Of a DNA stretch of 64,000 nt, positions 1-13,208 are shown piece by piece. The notes under the pieces are model-generated. The model had not been told where the DNA came from. It did not search any database and saw only the letters and a program-made list of their open reading frames with translations. Location: contig NW_027590357.1 of the NCBI RefSeq assembly GCF_964213995.1, positions 62,001-126,000 on the forward strand, given 5' to 3'. Numbering within the stretch: position 1 is the stretch's first letter; each line of letters starts with the position of its first letter. This DNA is from Mustelus asterias (lineage: Eukaryota). Position numbers and translations under genes: made by a program.

Positions 1-1957
1 GCTGAAGATGGTTGGGGCCTCGGACACTCACCCTGAGGAACTCCTGCAGGGACGTCCCGGGACTGAGAGGATCGGCTTTGAGATAATCGGCACATTGGGG
101 GAAAGGTTGAAAACCAGAGGATGCTGAATTCAGGTAAATGGCGACAGCGGCAACATGAGGAAATGTTTCTAACGTAGTGAGTGTCCAGTATCTGGAATGT
201 ACTGTCTGAGGGTGAGGTGGAAGCAGATTCCATCAAGGACTTCCAGGGGAAGTTGAATGGGAAGCTGAAGGGGAAATATTTACAGGGTCACGGGGAAAGG
301 GTGGAGGAGTGGGAATAGTGACATTGCTCTTGCAGAGTGTCGCACTGGCTTGATGGGGCTGAATGGCCTCCTGTGCTGTCACCGTTCTATGATTCAGATG
401 CAAGTTATCTTCTCAGTGTCTATTAGACCCCACTCTTTCCTCCATGATCAGTTACAGCATTTTAAGTTCAGATCCCAGAACGTTTTATTTGGGGATTTGA
501 GGAGTGATTTGTTTTCCAGCCTGGCCGAGAATTTGATGCTGTAACTGAAGCCACAATTGAATGATTCTGAGGTCAGATTATGATCCACTGAGACACAGCT
601 GGCTCCGAGCTTCCCTGAAAAATGTCGTTGTTGTGTTCCCGGCCAGATGATTTCTCCGTCTTGTGTCGGCCGGCTGTGCCACAAGGATCTGGACTTTGTT
701 CCCAGATGTTCACAATGTTTATCAATGATTTGGATGTGGGGACCTAATGTAATATTTCCAAGTTTGCGGATGACACAAAGCTCAGTGGGAATGTGAGTTG
801 TGAGGAAAATGCAAAGTGGCTTCAAGAGGATTTGGACAGACATTGTCTCTCAGTGCCTCTCTCAATCTGGCTCTCTCTTTCTCTCACTCTCCTTGACCCT
901 GTCATCTGTTGGTCTCTGCATCTCTCGCTCTCTCTCTCTCTCTCATTGGGAATCTGTAAAAACATATCCACTAACATGCACACAGACAGAAACATACACA
1001 CACACACACACACACACGCGACTGTGAGAATTGTCACAGATCAATCCCAATATCAGTGAGTAATCTCCAATGCAATAGTTTGTGACCAGGTTGTGCAACA
1101 TGCATTGAAATGTGGCAATATGGAAGTTGGTTCACTCAGTCGGCTGGACAGCTGGTTTGAGATGCACAAAGTCTCCAACACGTCATGAAAGCCCAACCCT
1201 TTCAACCTTTCCCCTGGCCTGAGGTGTGGTAAATCACCGCCAGTGAGTTCTCCCCCTCAAAGGGGAGAGCAGCAGATCGTCATCTGGGACTGTGGTCACT
1301 TTCCCTTTACTGACGTTCAACTTTATTTCCCTTCCTCAATTTCTGCTCATCTCCAAGAGACTCGAGCGAAATTCACCCAATCTTTCAACACCAATATTAC
1401 ACACACAATACTGGAGCAATTGGACATTTCACACAACACCCAATAGCTGGTAACAAGACCAAACAAAAACTGTTCCAAACAAGAGTGGTGGCACCAGCTG
1501 ACCCACACAAATATATAACTTTAAAGGAATATTCGTCTATCCATCCAGCTGACTCTCTTTCTCTGTCTATCTAACAGAGAGATTTTTCAGTGCAGTAACA
1601 ACTGAAACAGGGTAGAATGTAGGAATAAGAAAGACAGGAACTTGTGTAAAATAAAACTGAGACACAGGTGAGTTGAGTAATGAATGAAACAAGGCCGAAC
1701 ACAGCAGTATCTCCGATGATGCTGAATGTAAGAGAAACAGATCAAATCTATTCCTGGGGAAGTGCAGCAACAGCTTAGAAATTGTCGGGTGTGGTGTAGA
1801 TAGAGGCATGGCTGCGTGCGTTAATAACTGTGACTTCACTGAGTGCATTGGAAACAGTGACATAGTTGAGTGAAGCAATAACTAAGTAAAGACCAATTGT
1901 AGTATATACAGAGGGATAGCCCCATACATTAAGAAGAGAAACTGTATCTAGTTTATA

Positions 1958-2254
1958 GGGGTGGCACAGTCGTTAGCACTGCAGCCTCTCAGCGCCAGGG
2001 ACCTGGGTTCGATTCCCGACTTGCGTCACTGTCTGTGTGGAGTCTGCATGTTCTCCCCGTGTCTGGGTTTCCTCCGAGTGCTCCGGTTTCCTCCCACAGT
2101 CTGAAAGACATGCTGTTCGGTGGATTGGCCATGCTAAATTCTCCCTCAGTGAAGCCGAACAGCGCCGGAGTGTGGCAACTAGGGGATTTTCACAGCAACT
2201 TCATTGCAGTGTTAATGTAAGCCTACTTGTGACACTAATAAATAACATTGAAAC
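1958..2254 (+). mobile_element. tRNA-derived SINE (HE1/V-SINE-like)
   Basis: Box A/B-like head gtggcacagtcgttagcact...ggttcgattccc, V-domain-like gggtttcctccgagtgctccggtttcctcccaca, and tail gtaagcctacttgtgacactaataaata. Confidence 0.85.
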
Positions 2255-2734
2255 TGTATAAAGTGTTATATACACAGATACAGTGCTGAGGTAAAGAGAA
2301 ATGGAGACATGCTCCACATTCATTACCCAGACATGGTCGAGTTTATTTTTTATAAAGAGTGACATGGTTAAATGCAGTGATAATTTAAGCAGGTCCCCTC
2401 CCTAACAGCACTGTGGGTGTACCTACACCACATAGACAGCAGCGGGTTCAAGATGGCAGCTCACCACCACCTTCTCCAGGGCAACTAGGAATGGGCAATA
2501 AATGCTGACCTAGCCAGTGACACCCACATCACAAGAATCAATAAATATTCATCGAACCCAGCACATTGTCCAATGAAATATCAATCCATACATGGTATTA
2601 ATACAGTGAGAACTCAAAAAGGGTTGATTGTAGTGTCCACAGCAGCATGGTGTAATGTAGTATTCACTGAGACAACTGAGCGTATAAACAGCGACTGGGA
2701 TGAGTGCAGTGATAACTGGGAAAGGAGCGAATGT

Positions 2735-2930
2735 CCGGGATTCTCCGGCTGTTCACTCGTGGGGAATTCTCTGCTCTCGTTCCCTGCCTCTGGTTTCCTG
2801 CTAGCGTGAGGTGACTTCAATGGGAAATCCCATTGACAGCGACAGGACCAAAAACTCCCTCTGCTAGTGAACGGTGTGTCACCTCTCACTGCCCAGAAAG
2901 CTGCTGAGGGGAGACTGGAGGATCCCAGAA
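2735..2930. mobile_element. Probable MITE remnant
   Basis: Imperfect terminal inverted ends gggattctccgg / ctggaggatccc and a central inverted repeat caatgggaaatcccattg. Confidence 0.5.
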
Positions 2931-3021
2931 ACTATGTTAAAAATAGCCATATTGGCAACAGCAGGAAAATATTACATCCCAAACTCAGTAATATTCACAA
3001 TGATATTCTCCAATCAAATGA

Positions 3022-4958
3022 AGGGCAGAGATTACTGATACAAGGCCCAGATTGTAATAACTGAGAGAGGTTTCGGGCAGAGATTACTGATACAAGGCCC
3101 AGATTATAATAACAGAGAGGTTTCGGGCAGAGATTACAGATACAAGGCCCAGATTGTAATAACTGAGGGAGATTTAGGGCAGAGGTTACTGATACAAGTC
3201 CCAGACTGTAATAACTGAGAGAGTTGTAGGGCAGAGATTACTGATACAAGGCCCAGATTGTAATAACTGAAAAAGGTTTATGGCAGAGATTACTGATACA
3301 AAGGCCAGATTGTAATAATTGAGAAAGGTTTATGGCAGAGATTACTGATACAAAGCCCAGATTGAAATAACTGAGGGAGATTTAGGGCAGAGGTTACTGA
3401 TACAAGGCCCAGATTGTAATAACTGAGAGAGGTTTAGGGCAGAGATTACTGATACAAGGCACAGATTGTAATAACTGAGAGAGGTTTAGAGCAGAGATTA
3501 CTGATACAAGGCCCAGATTGTGATAACTGAGAGGTTTCGGGCAGAGATTACTGATACAAGGCCCAGATTGTAATAACTGAGAGAGGTTTAGGGCAGAGAT
3601 TACTGATACAAAACCCAGATTGTAATAATTGAGAGAGGTTTAGGGCAGAGATTACTGATACAAGGCACAGATTGTAATAACTGAGAGAGGTTTCGGGCAG
3701 AGATTACTGATACAAGGCCCAGATTATAATAACAGAGAGGTTTCGGGCAGAGATTACAGATACAAGGCCCAGATTGTAATAACTGAGGGAGATTTAGGGC
3801 AGAGGTTACTGATACAAGTCCCAGACTGTAATAACTGAGAGAGTTGTAGGGCAGAGATTACTGATACAAGGCCCAGATTGTAATAACTGAAAAAGGTTTA
3901 TGGCAGAGATTACTGATACAAAGGCCAGATTGTAATAATTGAGAAAGGTTTATGGCAGAGATTACTGATACAAAGCCCAGATTGAAATAACTGAGGGAGA
4001 TTTAGGGCAGAGGTTACTGATACAAGGCCCAGATTGTAATAACTGAGAGAGGTTTAGGGCAGAGATTACTGATACAAAGCCCAGATTGTAATAACTGAGA
4101 GAGGTTTAGGGCAGAGATTACTGATACAAGTCCCAGATTGTAATAACTGAGAGAGGTTTAGGGCAGAGGTTACTGATACAAAGCCCAGATTGTAATAACT
4201 GAGAGAGGTTTAGGGCAGAGATTACTGATACAAAGCCCAGATTGTAATAACTGAGAGAGGTTTAGGGCAGAGATTACTGATACAAGTCCCAGATTGTAAT
4301 AACTGAGAGAGGTTTAGAGCAGAGATTACTGATACAAGGCCCAGATTGTGATAACTGAGAGGTTTCGGGCAGAGATTACTGATACAAGGCCCAGATTGTA
4401 ATAACTGAGAGAGGTTTAGGGCAGAGATTACTGATACAAAACCCAGATTGTAATAATTGAGAGAGGTTTAGGGCAGAGATTACTGATACAAGGCACAGAT
4501 TGTAATAACTGAGAGAGGTTTAGGGCAGAGATTACTGATACAAGGCCCAGATTGTAATAACTGAGAGAGGTTTCAGGCAGAGATTACTGATACAAAGGCC
4601 AGATTGTAATAATTGAGAAAGGTTTATGGCAGAGATTACTGATACAAAGCCCAGATTGAAATAACTGAGGGAGATTTAGGGCAGAGGTTACTGATACAAG
4701 GCCCTGATTGTAATAACTGAGAGAGGTTTCGGGCAGAGATTACTGATACAAGGCCCAGATTGTAATAACTGAGAGAGGTTTCAGGCAGAGATTACTGATA
4801 CAAAGGCCAGATTGTAATAATTGAGAAAGGTTTATGGCAGAGATTACTGATACAAAGCCCAGATTGAAATAACTGAGGGAGATTTAGGGCAGAGGTTACT
4901 GATACAAGGCCCAGATTGTAATAACTGAGAGAGGTTTCGGGCAGAGTTTACTGATACA
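3022..4958. repeat. 52-bp minisatellite, about 37 copies
   Basis: Unit gggcagagattactgatacaaggcccagattgtaataactgagagaggttta; period checked at 4061 vs 4113. Confidence 0.97.
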
Positions 4959-5054
4959 TGATCCGGCAGGATTTACTGTTTGATAATCCAGCTGTTTGGC
5001 CCCGTTATGAGCACACCTTCCATGGCCATCAAGTCCGGAAGTCGGCCTTGAACC

Positions 5055-5312
5055 CTTGAAGAATGAGAGGCGATCCCATTGAAACAGACTTAACATTCTT
5101 ACAGGGTGTGACAGGGTGGATGTAGATTGGATGTTTCCCCTGGCTGGTGAGACTAGAACCAGGGGACACAATCTCAGAATCAGGGGCAGACCATTGAAGA
5201 CTGAGATGAGGAGGAATTTCTTCACTCAGAGGGTGGTGAATCTTTGGGATTTTCTATTCCAGGGGGATGTGGAAGCCCAATCATTCAGCATGTTCAAGAG
5301 GCAAATCGATTG
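5055..5312 (+). mobile_element. CR1 LINE ORF2 3' fragment
   Basis: TRTRGHNLRIRGRPLKTEMRRNFFTQRVVNLW, a CR1 C-terminal motif. Confidence 0.9.
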
Positions 5313-5564
5313 TGTNNNNNNNNNNNNNNNNNNNNNNNNNNNNNNNNNNNNNNNNNNNNNNNNNNNNNNNNNNNNNNNNNNNNNNNNNNNNNNNNNNNNN
5401 NNNNNNNNNNNNNNNNNNNNNNNNNNNNNNNNNNNNNNNNNNNNNNNNNNNNNNNNNNNNNNNNNNNNNNNNNNNNNNNNNNNNNNNNNNNNNNNNNNCG
5501 TGTGTGTTTATTACTGTGTGCGTCTGAGTGTTACTGGGTGAGAATATCTGTTTCTGTGTGTTTT

Positions 5565-5878
5565 CATAGAATCCTAGACTCCTACAGTGCAGAAGGAGGC
5601 CATTTGGCCCATTGAGTCTGTACCGACCACAATCCCACTCAGGCCCTATCCCCATTACCCCATGCATTTACCCGAGCTAGTCTCCCTGACGCGGAGGGAC
5701 AATTTAGCACGGCCAATGCACCCTAATCAGACGTCTTTCAGACTGTGGGAGGAAACCGGAGCACCCGGAGGAAACCCACGCAGACACGGGGAGAACATGC
5801 AAACTCCGCACACACAGTGACCCAAGTCGGGAATCGAACCCGAGTCCCTGGCACTGTGAGGCAGCAGTGCTAACTGTG
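5565..5878 (-). mobile_element. HE1/V-SINE-like element with CR1-type tail
   Basis: Reverse complement of the same head and V-domain, with tail gatgggcc..tggcctccttctgcactgtagg. Confidence 0.85.
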
Positions 5879-8800
5879 TGTTTGGTGTGTGTGTGCGTGT
5901 TTTGTGTGTGTGCGTGTTTTGTGTGTGTGCGTGTTTTGTGTGTGTGCGTGTTTTATGTGTGTTTGTGTGTGCGTGCTTTGTGTGTGTGCGTGTTTTGTGT
6001 GTGTTGGTGTGTGCGTGTTTTGTGTGCGTACGTGCACCATGATCTGTTTGAATGCTGGCGCAGGATCGATGGGCCAAATGGCCTACACCTGCTCCTATTT
6101 TCCTTTGAGATTTAAATACATTGACACACATGCACGCTGACACACACACACAGAAAGATATACACAGTGTTGATGTATTTATTGACCACTTAATGTGACT
6201 GAATGCTACACATCCCAGTTTACCAAAGACACACAATATTCAGCAGCATTGTAAACAGCGCAGCTGGAAACATCAAATTGGGCATTTGGTTTGAAAAAGG
6301 GTCAAAGCCTCTCTTGCTAAAGGCTGTTTGTCTATATTGTGCTGACAGTGATACACTGCCATCCTCTGCTGCCTGCTGGACATTGCTCCAGCCGCAGAGA
6401 GAGTGAAGTACATCAGAAACTCACTGGGAGAGAATGCAGCTTCACACAGTATCCATCCAAAACGACAGGAGCATCAGCACACACACAAGCTCCGTGTGGA
6501 GACTGAGAGGGGCTCAGTGTGGAACACAAACCTTCACACTAAACCTGGAAGGACATTGATAAAGAGTTTTAAACAAAACTTCAGCAAATGTTTTGAAACA
6601 TTTTGGTCCGTGGAAAAGTGCAGTGTGTAAAAAGCTGAAGATGTTTCCATTTCACATCTTCCTGCTTTGGGGAAATGGGAGTTATCTTTGCATTTACAAG
6701 GATATGGGGAGGGAGGTGTTTGAATGGACATTCAGCTTTTTGGGTGATTAAAGTGTTAATTTGTTTCCAGAAGCTGTTTACAGTGATTGTCCCGAGAGAT
6801 TGTATTGTTTCAGTGATGTCGACGTCTCCAATACTTCAGACAGAGGAAGGAAACAATTTTCAAAAGGAAAGATTGGGGGAATCACTACATTGAGGGTGTG
6901 AGGCCTCATCACTCTCTGTCTGGTTTTGTTCTGAAATCTTTACATTTTTAAACATTGAAACCTCTTGCCCTTGTTGGGAATATCACTGCGGTTTGAGAAA
7001 AGCAATCACTGATCCCACACTAAACACCCCCCCAAACACAGGACTGAGCAGAGAGTGTGAAATGTGACTGGTGTCAGAGTGGATTGTCAAACTGACAGAA
7101 GGGATTTGAAAAATCTCTAAATGATTCATTGATTAAAAACTCTAACATTAATGTCCCGCATCATAAACATCTGCTTCCTTATTGTATCTTTCTTTTACAG
7201 ATCAAGTGATGGGTTGAATTTTGGACGTTGTAGATTTCCCTCAGCTGATTATTAAGATTCCTCATTGACACAAATACAATATCTGCTGTCGGTGACTCCA
7301 ACAGTGAAATTCTCTCAGTTTATCATTCTGAATCTGTCACTGAGACAATTGTGGGCGGTAGTTCAGTTTTCAGTGTGAAATGTAGAAGGCAACTTTTGTT
7401 GTAATGTAATTGTAGTGAATAGTTTTCCTGTAGTTTAAATCTCAGGTATAAATTAATAACTTTTCTTGTTCCTTATTCACAATTGTTCATTTCCCGTGAT
7501 GTTGAGCTCTGGTTTTCTCTTTCTGGTGTCTGGTACAGCTGTACAGATATTGGGCAGCTCAGAGCGTAGGGGTTCAGATCTCATTGTGAAGCTCAAAGGT
7601 CAGATTCACTTTTGTTAACTTTAAAATCAATTTTCCTGTAAAATATTCTCTGAATTTTTAAATAAATATTGAATGGAAAATTAAATCTGACTTTGCCAAA
7701 CTCTCTCTCTGTATTTCTCTGTTAGTGTGTACATGTGTGTGTCTCTCTGTTTCTATCTCTCTGTGTATCTGTGTGTCTCTCTGTCTCTGTACTTCTCTGG
7801 ATCTGTGTCCCTCTCTCTGCCTCTGTGTGTATATCTCTCTATGTATCTGTGTGTGTCTCTCTGTCTCTGCATTTCTCTGTATCTGTCTCTGTCTCTGTGT
7901 TTCTCTGTCTCTGTGTGTCTCGATGCTAAGGGCCTAGTATTTCAGGCTCTGACCTGAACCCACAATCTCTCTGACTCTGAGCGAAGATGACTCCATTGAA
8001 GGTGTGAGGCCTCATCACTTTCTGTTTGGTTTAGTTTTGTAATGTTTACATGTTTAAACACTGAAACCTCTTGCCCTTGATAAGTTGGGAATATCACTGC
8101 GGTTTGAGAAAAGCAAACACTGATCCCGCACTAAACACCCCCCAACACAGGACTGAGCAGAGTGTGTGAAATGTGACTGGTGCGAATGTGGATTGTCTTT
8201 TAAAAGTGGGTGAGAAACACTTCATTTTCAAATCTTTACCCTGCTTCTGTAGCGTCTCAGATTCCACCTAATCTGCACATCTTTGGACTGTGGAAGGAAA
8301 CCGGGGCACCCGGAGGAAACCCATGCAGACACAGGGAGAATGTGCAAACTCAACTCCCAACCGAGAATTGAATCCTGGTGCTGTGAGGCAGCAGTGCTAA
8401 ACACTGTCCACCATGTCGCCCTATCCCATGTATTGGGACACGGTGAAAAGTATTGTTTCTTGCACGCTACACAGACAAAACATACCGTTCATAGAGTTCA
8501 TTCGGGAGAAGGAGAGGAGAGCAGTTACCGATAGGGTATAGAGAAAGATCAGCTTAATGTATGGTAGGTCCACTCAAAAATTAACATTCTGACCAAACAC
8601 TAAAGCTTTCCACAAAACAAGGCTCACAAATTCAACACCACTTTCCTTTGTCCGCTCTCCCATCATGCTGTGCGCGGAGTCTCTGATCGATGCTAAGGGC
8701 CTAGTATTTGAGGCTCTGAGCTGAACCCACAATCTGTCTGATTCTGAGGGAAGATTACTGCCACTCAGATACAGCTGGCTGCAATATCCCCTTGAAATAT

Positions 8801-8929
8801 ATCTGTTGTGTACAGAGTCACATGTTTTTTTTCCCTGTGTCTGCTGTCCTTAAAGAACTATTGAATAATCTAAACATCCGCATTTATTATCACAGAACAA
8901 GGCCAACATGGGGGAATCGAGTATCAGGT

Positions 8930-9230
8930 TTAAAAGTTTGTTTATTAGTGTCACAAGTAGGGTTACATTAACACTGCAATGAAGTTACTGTGGAAAATCC
9001 GTAGTCGCCATGCTCTGGCGCCTGTTTGGGCAACTTGGGGAGAATTTAGCATGGCTGATACACCTAACCAGCGCGTCTTTCGAACTGTGAGAGGAAACCG
9101 CAGCACCCGGTGGAAACCCATGCAGACACGGGGAGAATGTACAAACTCCACACAGACAGTGACCCAAGCCAGGAATCAAACCCGGGTCCCTGGCGCTGTG
9201 AGGCAGCAGTGTTAACCACTGTGCCGCCCC
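8930..9230 (-). mobile_element. HE1/V-SINE-like element
   Basis: Reverse complement of the 1958-2254 family. Confidence 0.85.
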
Positions 9231-9344
9231 TCATTGAAACATTGTGCAGTTGTGGAATGCACAGGATAGGAGGGATGTGATAGCACTGGAAAAGGTGCAG
9301 AGGAGATTCACCAGGATGTTGCCTGGCCTGGAGAGTTTTAGTGC

Positions 9345-9638
9345 ATAGAATCATAGAATCCCTACAGTCCAGAATGAGGCCATTCGACCCATCAAATCTG
9401 CACGGACTCTTACCCAGGCTTACCCCGTAACCCCACGTGTTTTCCCGCTAATCCCCCTAACCTATACATCGTGGGACCCTAAGGGCAATTTTGCATGGAC
9501 AATGCACCCGGAGGAAACCCACGCAGACACGGGGAGAATGTGCAAACTCCACACAGACAGTAAACCGAGGCCGGAATTCAACCTGGGTCCCTGGCGCTGT
9601 GAGGCAGCAGTGCTAACCATTGTGCTACCGTGCCGCCA
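9345..9638 (-). mobile_element. HE1/V-SINE-like element
   Basis: Same head with a gattctatgattctatg tail. Confidence 0.85.
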
Positions 9639-9799
9639 CTCGAACTGAGGAGAGATTTTATAGACTGAGGGTGTGATCTTACCACCTGTTGACGCCACAC
9701 TCCCGCTCAGCGAGGTCGGAGAATCTGGTGTCCAGCCAAACCTCCTTTCACTGCAGTGGGGTGGGAAAATCCTGCCGGCCTGAACGGTGATAAGATTCC

Positions 9800-10175
9800 A
9801 CCCTGGGGTTGTTTTCCGTGGAGCAGAGGAGGCTGAGGTGGAACATGATGGAGGTGGATAAGATTATGAGGGACATCGATAGAGTAGACGGGAAGAAAGC
9901 TTTCCCCTTGGTGGTGGGATCAATGACCAGGGGGTATAGATTTAGGGTAAGTGGCAGGAGGTTTACAGGGGATGTGAGGAAAACCTTTTTCACCCAGAGG
10001 GTGGTGGGAGTCTGGAACTCTCTGCCTGAAAGGGTGGTGGAGGCAGAGACCCTCAGAACATTTAGGAAGTGCTTAGCTATGCATTTGCAATGCCAAGGCT
10101 TACCAGGCCGTGAGCCAAGTTGGGTGATTTGTCTTTGGCCGGCACAGATGCAATGGGCCGAAGGGCCTTTTCTGT
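9800..10175 (+). mobile_element. CR1 LINE 3' fragment
   Basis: TRGYRFRVSGRRFTGDVRKTFFTQRVVGVWNSLP plus the 3' hairpin tail. Confidence 0.9.
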
Positions 10176-11386
10176 TCTCTAGACCTCCATTGCTAAAACA
10201 CAACCTCACTGACCCAGCTTCTGGTCATCCATCCAAATCTCTCCCTCCACAGCTCGGGGACAAATCCTGCCGCGCAATCTTCCTTTGAAGTGGCTTTGGA
10301 CATTTCATTCTCCGTGAGGACTTGTCCGGACAGTGGTTGCTGTTGTTGTGTTTGTCTCAGTGTCAGCTCAGAAACATGGACAACATGTTAGAAATGGCCG
10401 TCTCCCAGTGAGTGTGAGGACAGGGCAGGCTTTGAGCGAGGCCTGGGCCGCTCCCTGAAGGACACAGGGCCACCATTGTGCTTTTTGCTGACAAACAGAA
10501 TGCTTTCACCCCTCTCTCTCTCTCGTGTCTCATCTCACTCACATTCTGCCCCTTCCATTCACTCTGTGCTGCTTTCTGGAGGAGGCTGCCAGCTTTATCC
10601 GCCACAGAGCATCTGCCAACAAGAACATCAGATGAAACTTTCCATTCCCCAAGTCCCTCTTTCCTCTCTGCTCCTCGCTGTCTTTCCGGAGGAAATGGGA
10701 TGGGAAGCTGATGGGAAAAGATTTGCAGGGCTCCAGGGACAAGGTGGAGCAGTGGGACTGGCTCGATTGCTCTAGCAGAGAGTCGACACCAGCTGAATGG
10801 GCTGAATGAGCTTTGAAATTTCAATTGAAATGTTGGAGATGAGAGTTTATCGATGCAAGTCATGTTGCATGTGGAACGCTCATGATGCCACAATTAGAGC
10901 GGTGCAGACATCTCACAGGGTTGTGTGACTGGAGGAGATGTCAGAGACGGGGTGGTTAAATATAGAGGGACAGGGTCTGAAGCTACGTTTTGGGTAAAAG
11001 ATGGCAGTAATGTTGTGACATTAATTTAGCTTCAGATAGTTGCTGGGGAGGGGGATAGAGAGGTTGGGGAGTGATGTTTGTATTGGGGCAATCTCTCTCT
11101 CTCTCTCATCATGTATATATATGAATCCATCTCTCACTCTCTATCTCTCTTTACCCATTGTGTCCAGAGTCTTGTGAAGGCGCAGGCCGGTGGCAGGTTC
11201 TGTTTCCTGAAGGACATTACCGAACCTGTCAGATTATTGTGACAATCCAGTAGTTTTCATGGTCACTTTTTCCTCGCGCCGGCCCCACAAATGATCAGAT
11301 TCATTCAGCTCAATTTCACAATCTGCCTTTGTGTTTTTGTGGGTTCTCTCTCACTTCCTTTTTTCTGTTCGAACTCAATTTCCCAG

Positions 11387-11996
11387 GGTTTTAGAAGAGG
11401 AGGATTTGCAGTTGGGAAACTGAAACCAAATATGATATCGAAACCTGCTGGAGTTAGCCAATTTATTGTAACCTGAATATCATTGTGTTTTGAACATGGA
11501 AGGAAAAAGCACCATTTTTAGGGGAGAGAACCTGTACACGTGTTCTGTGTGTGGACAGGACTTCAACCAATCATCCAGGCTTTCGGAACATAATTGCAGT
11601 CACAACAGGGAGAAGCTGTGGAAATGTGGGGACTGTGGGAAGGGATTTGATTACCCACCCCAGCTGGAGATTCATCGGGGCAGTCACAGCAGGGAGAGAC
11701 CATTCACCTGCTCCCAGTGTGGGAAGGGATTCACTCAGTCAAACAGCTTACATATACACCAGAGAACTCACACTGAGGAGAGGCCATTCACCTGCTCCCA
11801 GTGTGGGAAGGGATTCATTACCTCATCCCATCTGCTGAAACATCGGCGAATCCACACTGGAGAGAGGCCGTTCACTTGCTGTGTGTGTGGGAAGAGATTC
11901 ACTCAGTCTTCAAACCTCTTTATATGCCCTGTTTGCCCTGTCTTTATATGCCCTGTTTGTGAACAGAATTCCCACTCACCTGAAGAAGGGGCTTGA
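11387..11996 (+). pseudogene. C2H2 zinc-finger terminal exon (ATG 11496), four complete fingers plus a fifth truncated by a repeat insertion
   Basis: Acceptor tttcccag at 11379-86. Repeated CxxCGKGF...HxxxH with TEERPF/TGERPF linkers. The fifth finger stops after FTQSSNL, and the frame runs into repeat sequence ending at TGA 11994-96. Confidence 0.85.
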
Positions 11997-12110
11997 AGCT
12001 CCGAAAGCTTGTGTGGCTTTTGCTCCCAAATAAAGCTGTTGGACTTTAAGCTGGTGTTGTTAAACTTCTTACTGTGTTTACCCCAGTCCAACGCCGGCAT
12101 CTCCACATCA
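11960..12110 (+). mobile_element. Penelope-like element terminal repeat fragment
   Basis: Hammerhead-like motif followed by aaataaagctgttggactttaagctggtgttgt...ccccagtccaacgccggcatctccacatca; a second diverged copy lies at 33021-33142. The family assignment comes from my recall of PLE terminal repeats, not from a database search. Confidence 0.6.
11972..12016 (+). ncRNA. Minimal type-I hammerhead ribozyme motif
   Basis: Stem I ccactcac/gtgtgg; core CUGAAGA(11980-86) plus an extra A; stem II GGGGC/GCUCC; GAAA(12003-06); palindromic AGCU stem III; predicted cleavage after CUU (12010). Confidence 0.6.
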
Positions 12111-12210
12111 TGTTCTGTCTGAGTCAGAGGTGGGAGAAGATTCCATCAAGAGGAAATTGAATGGGAAGCTGAAGGGAAAATATTGACAGGGTTACGGGGA
12201 GAGGGTGGAG

Positions 12211-13208
12211 GATTTGGAATACTGCGTCCAGTTCTGGTCGCCACACTCCCAGAAGGACGTGGAGGCTTTGGAGAGAGTACAGAGGAGGTTTACCAGGATG
12301 TTGCCTGGTATGGAGGGGCTTGGTTATGAGGAGAGATTGGGGAAACTGGGGTTGTTCTCCTTGGAAAGACGGAGGATGAGGGGAGACTTAATAGAGGTGT
12401 ATAAAATTATGAAAGGCATAGATAGGGTGAACGGTGGGAAGCTTTTCCCCGGGTCGGTGGTGACGTTCACAAGGGGTCATAGGTTCAAGGTGAAGGGGGG
12501 AAGGTTTAACACTGATATCAGAAGGACATATTTTACACAGAGGGTGGTGGGGGCCTGGAATGTGTTGCCGGACAAGGTGGTGGAGGCGGACACACTGGGA
12601 ACGTTTAAGACTTATCTAGACAGCTATATGAACGGAGTGGGAATGGAGGGATACAAAAGAGTGGTCTAGTTTGGACCAGGGAGAGGCGCGGGCTAATTGT
12701 TCTTTGTTTCTCGTTTCAAGGCTTCATTCTATGATCATCTTGCTGGTGCCAGTACAGAGCGAGACTGCGGATAGTTGGGAACCTGTCTCGGGGGCAGGGA
12801 ATTCAGATGGTGTTCGTAAAGCAGAAGTGGAAATGACTAGGGTTGGGAAGCAGTTTCTGATCAGGGCCAGTGTGATCTCCTGGACTCGTTTCGATCGCCT
12901 CAGGGGGTCGGAGAGGAATTTCCCAGATTTTTTTTCCCCATATTGGCCCTGGGGTTTTCACTCTGGGTTTTCGCCTCTCTCTGGAGATCACATGGTCTGG
13001 AATGGGGGGGTGGGGGTGAGTTAATAGGTTGTGATGAACAAAGAATCGTAGCTGTGAGGGACAGCTCGGTGGATAGGATATTAGGATGTAGATAGGCTGG
13101 AAAATTGGGCGGGGATCCTGGATTCAGGATTCAATCCTGGACCGGGGAGCGGCGCGGGCTTGGAGGGCCGAAGGGCCTGTTCCTGTGCTGTATTGTTCTT
13201 TGTTCTTT
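12211..13208 (+). mobile_element. CR1 LINE, 5'-truncated, with 3' UTR and (tgttctt)n tail
   Basis: LEYCVQFWSPH...LERVQRRFTRMLPG...FTQRVVGAWNVLP. The empty site is visible in the paralogue at ~300-320. Confidence 0.92.

Noticed and set aside
1958-2030. tRNA genes at SINE heads
   Set aside because: Box A/B heads continue into the V-domain and LINE-type tails; there is no complete cloverleaf.
3022-4958. CRISPR-like regular repeat
   Set aside because: Contiguous tandem units with no unique spacers, in vertebrate DNA with no cas genes.
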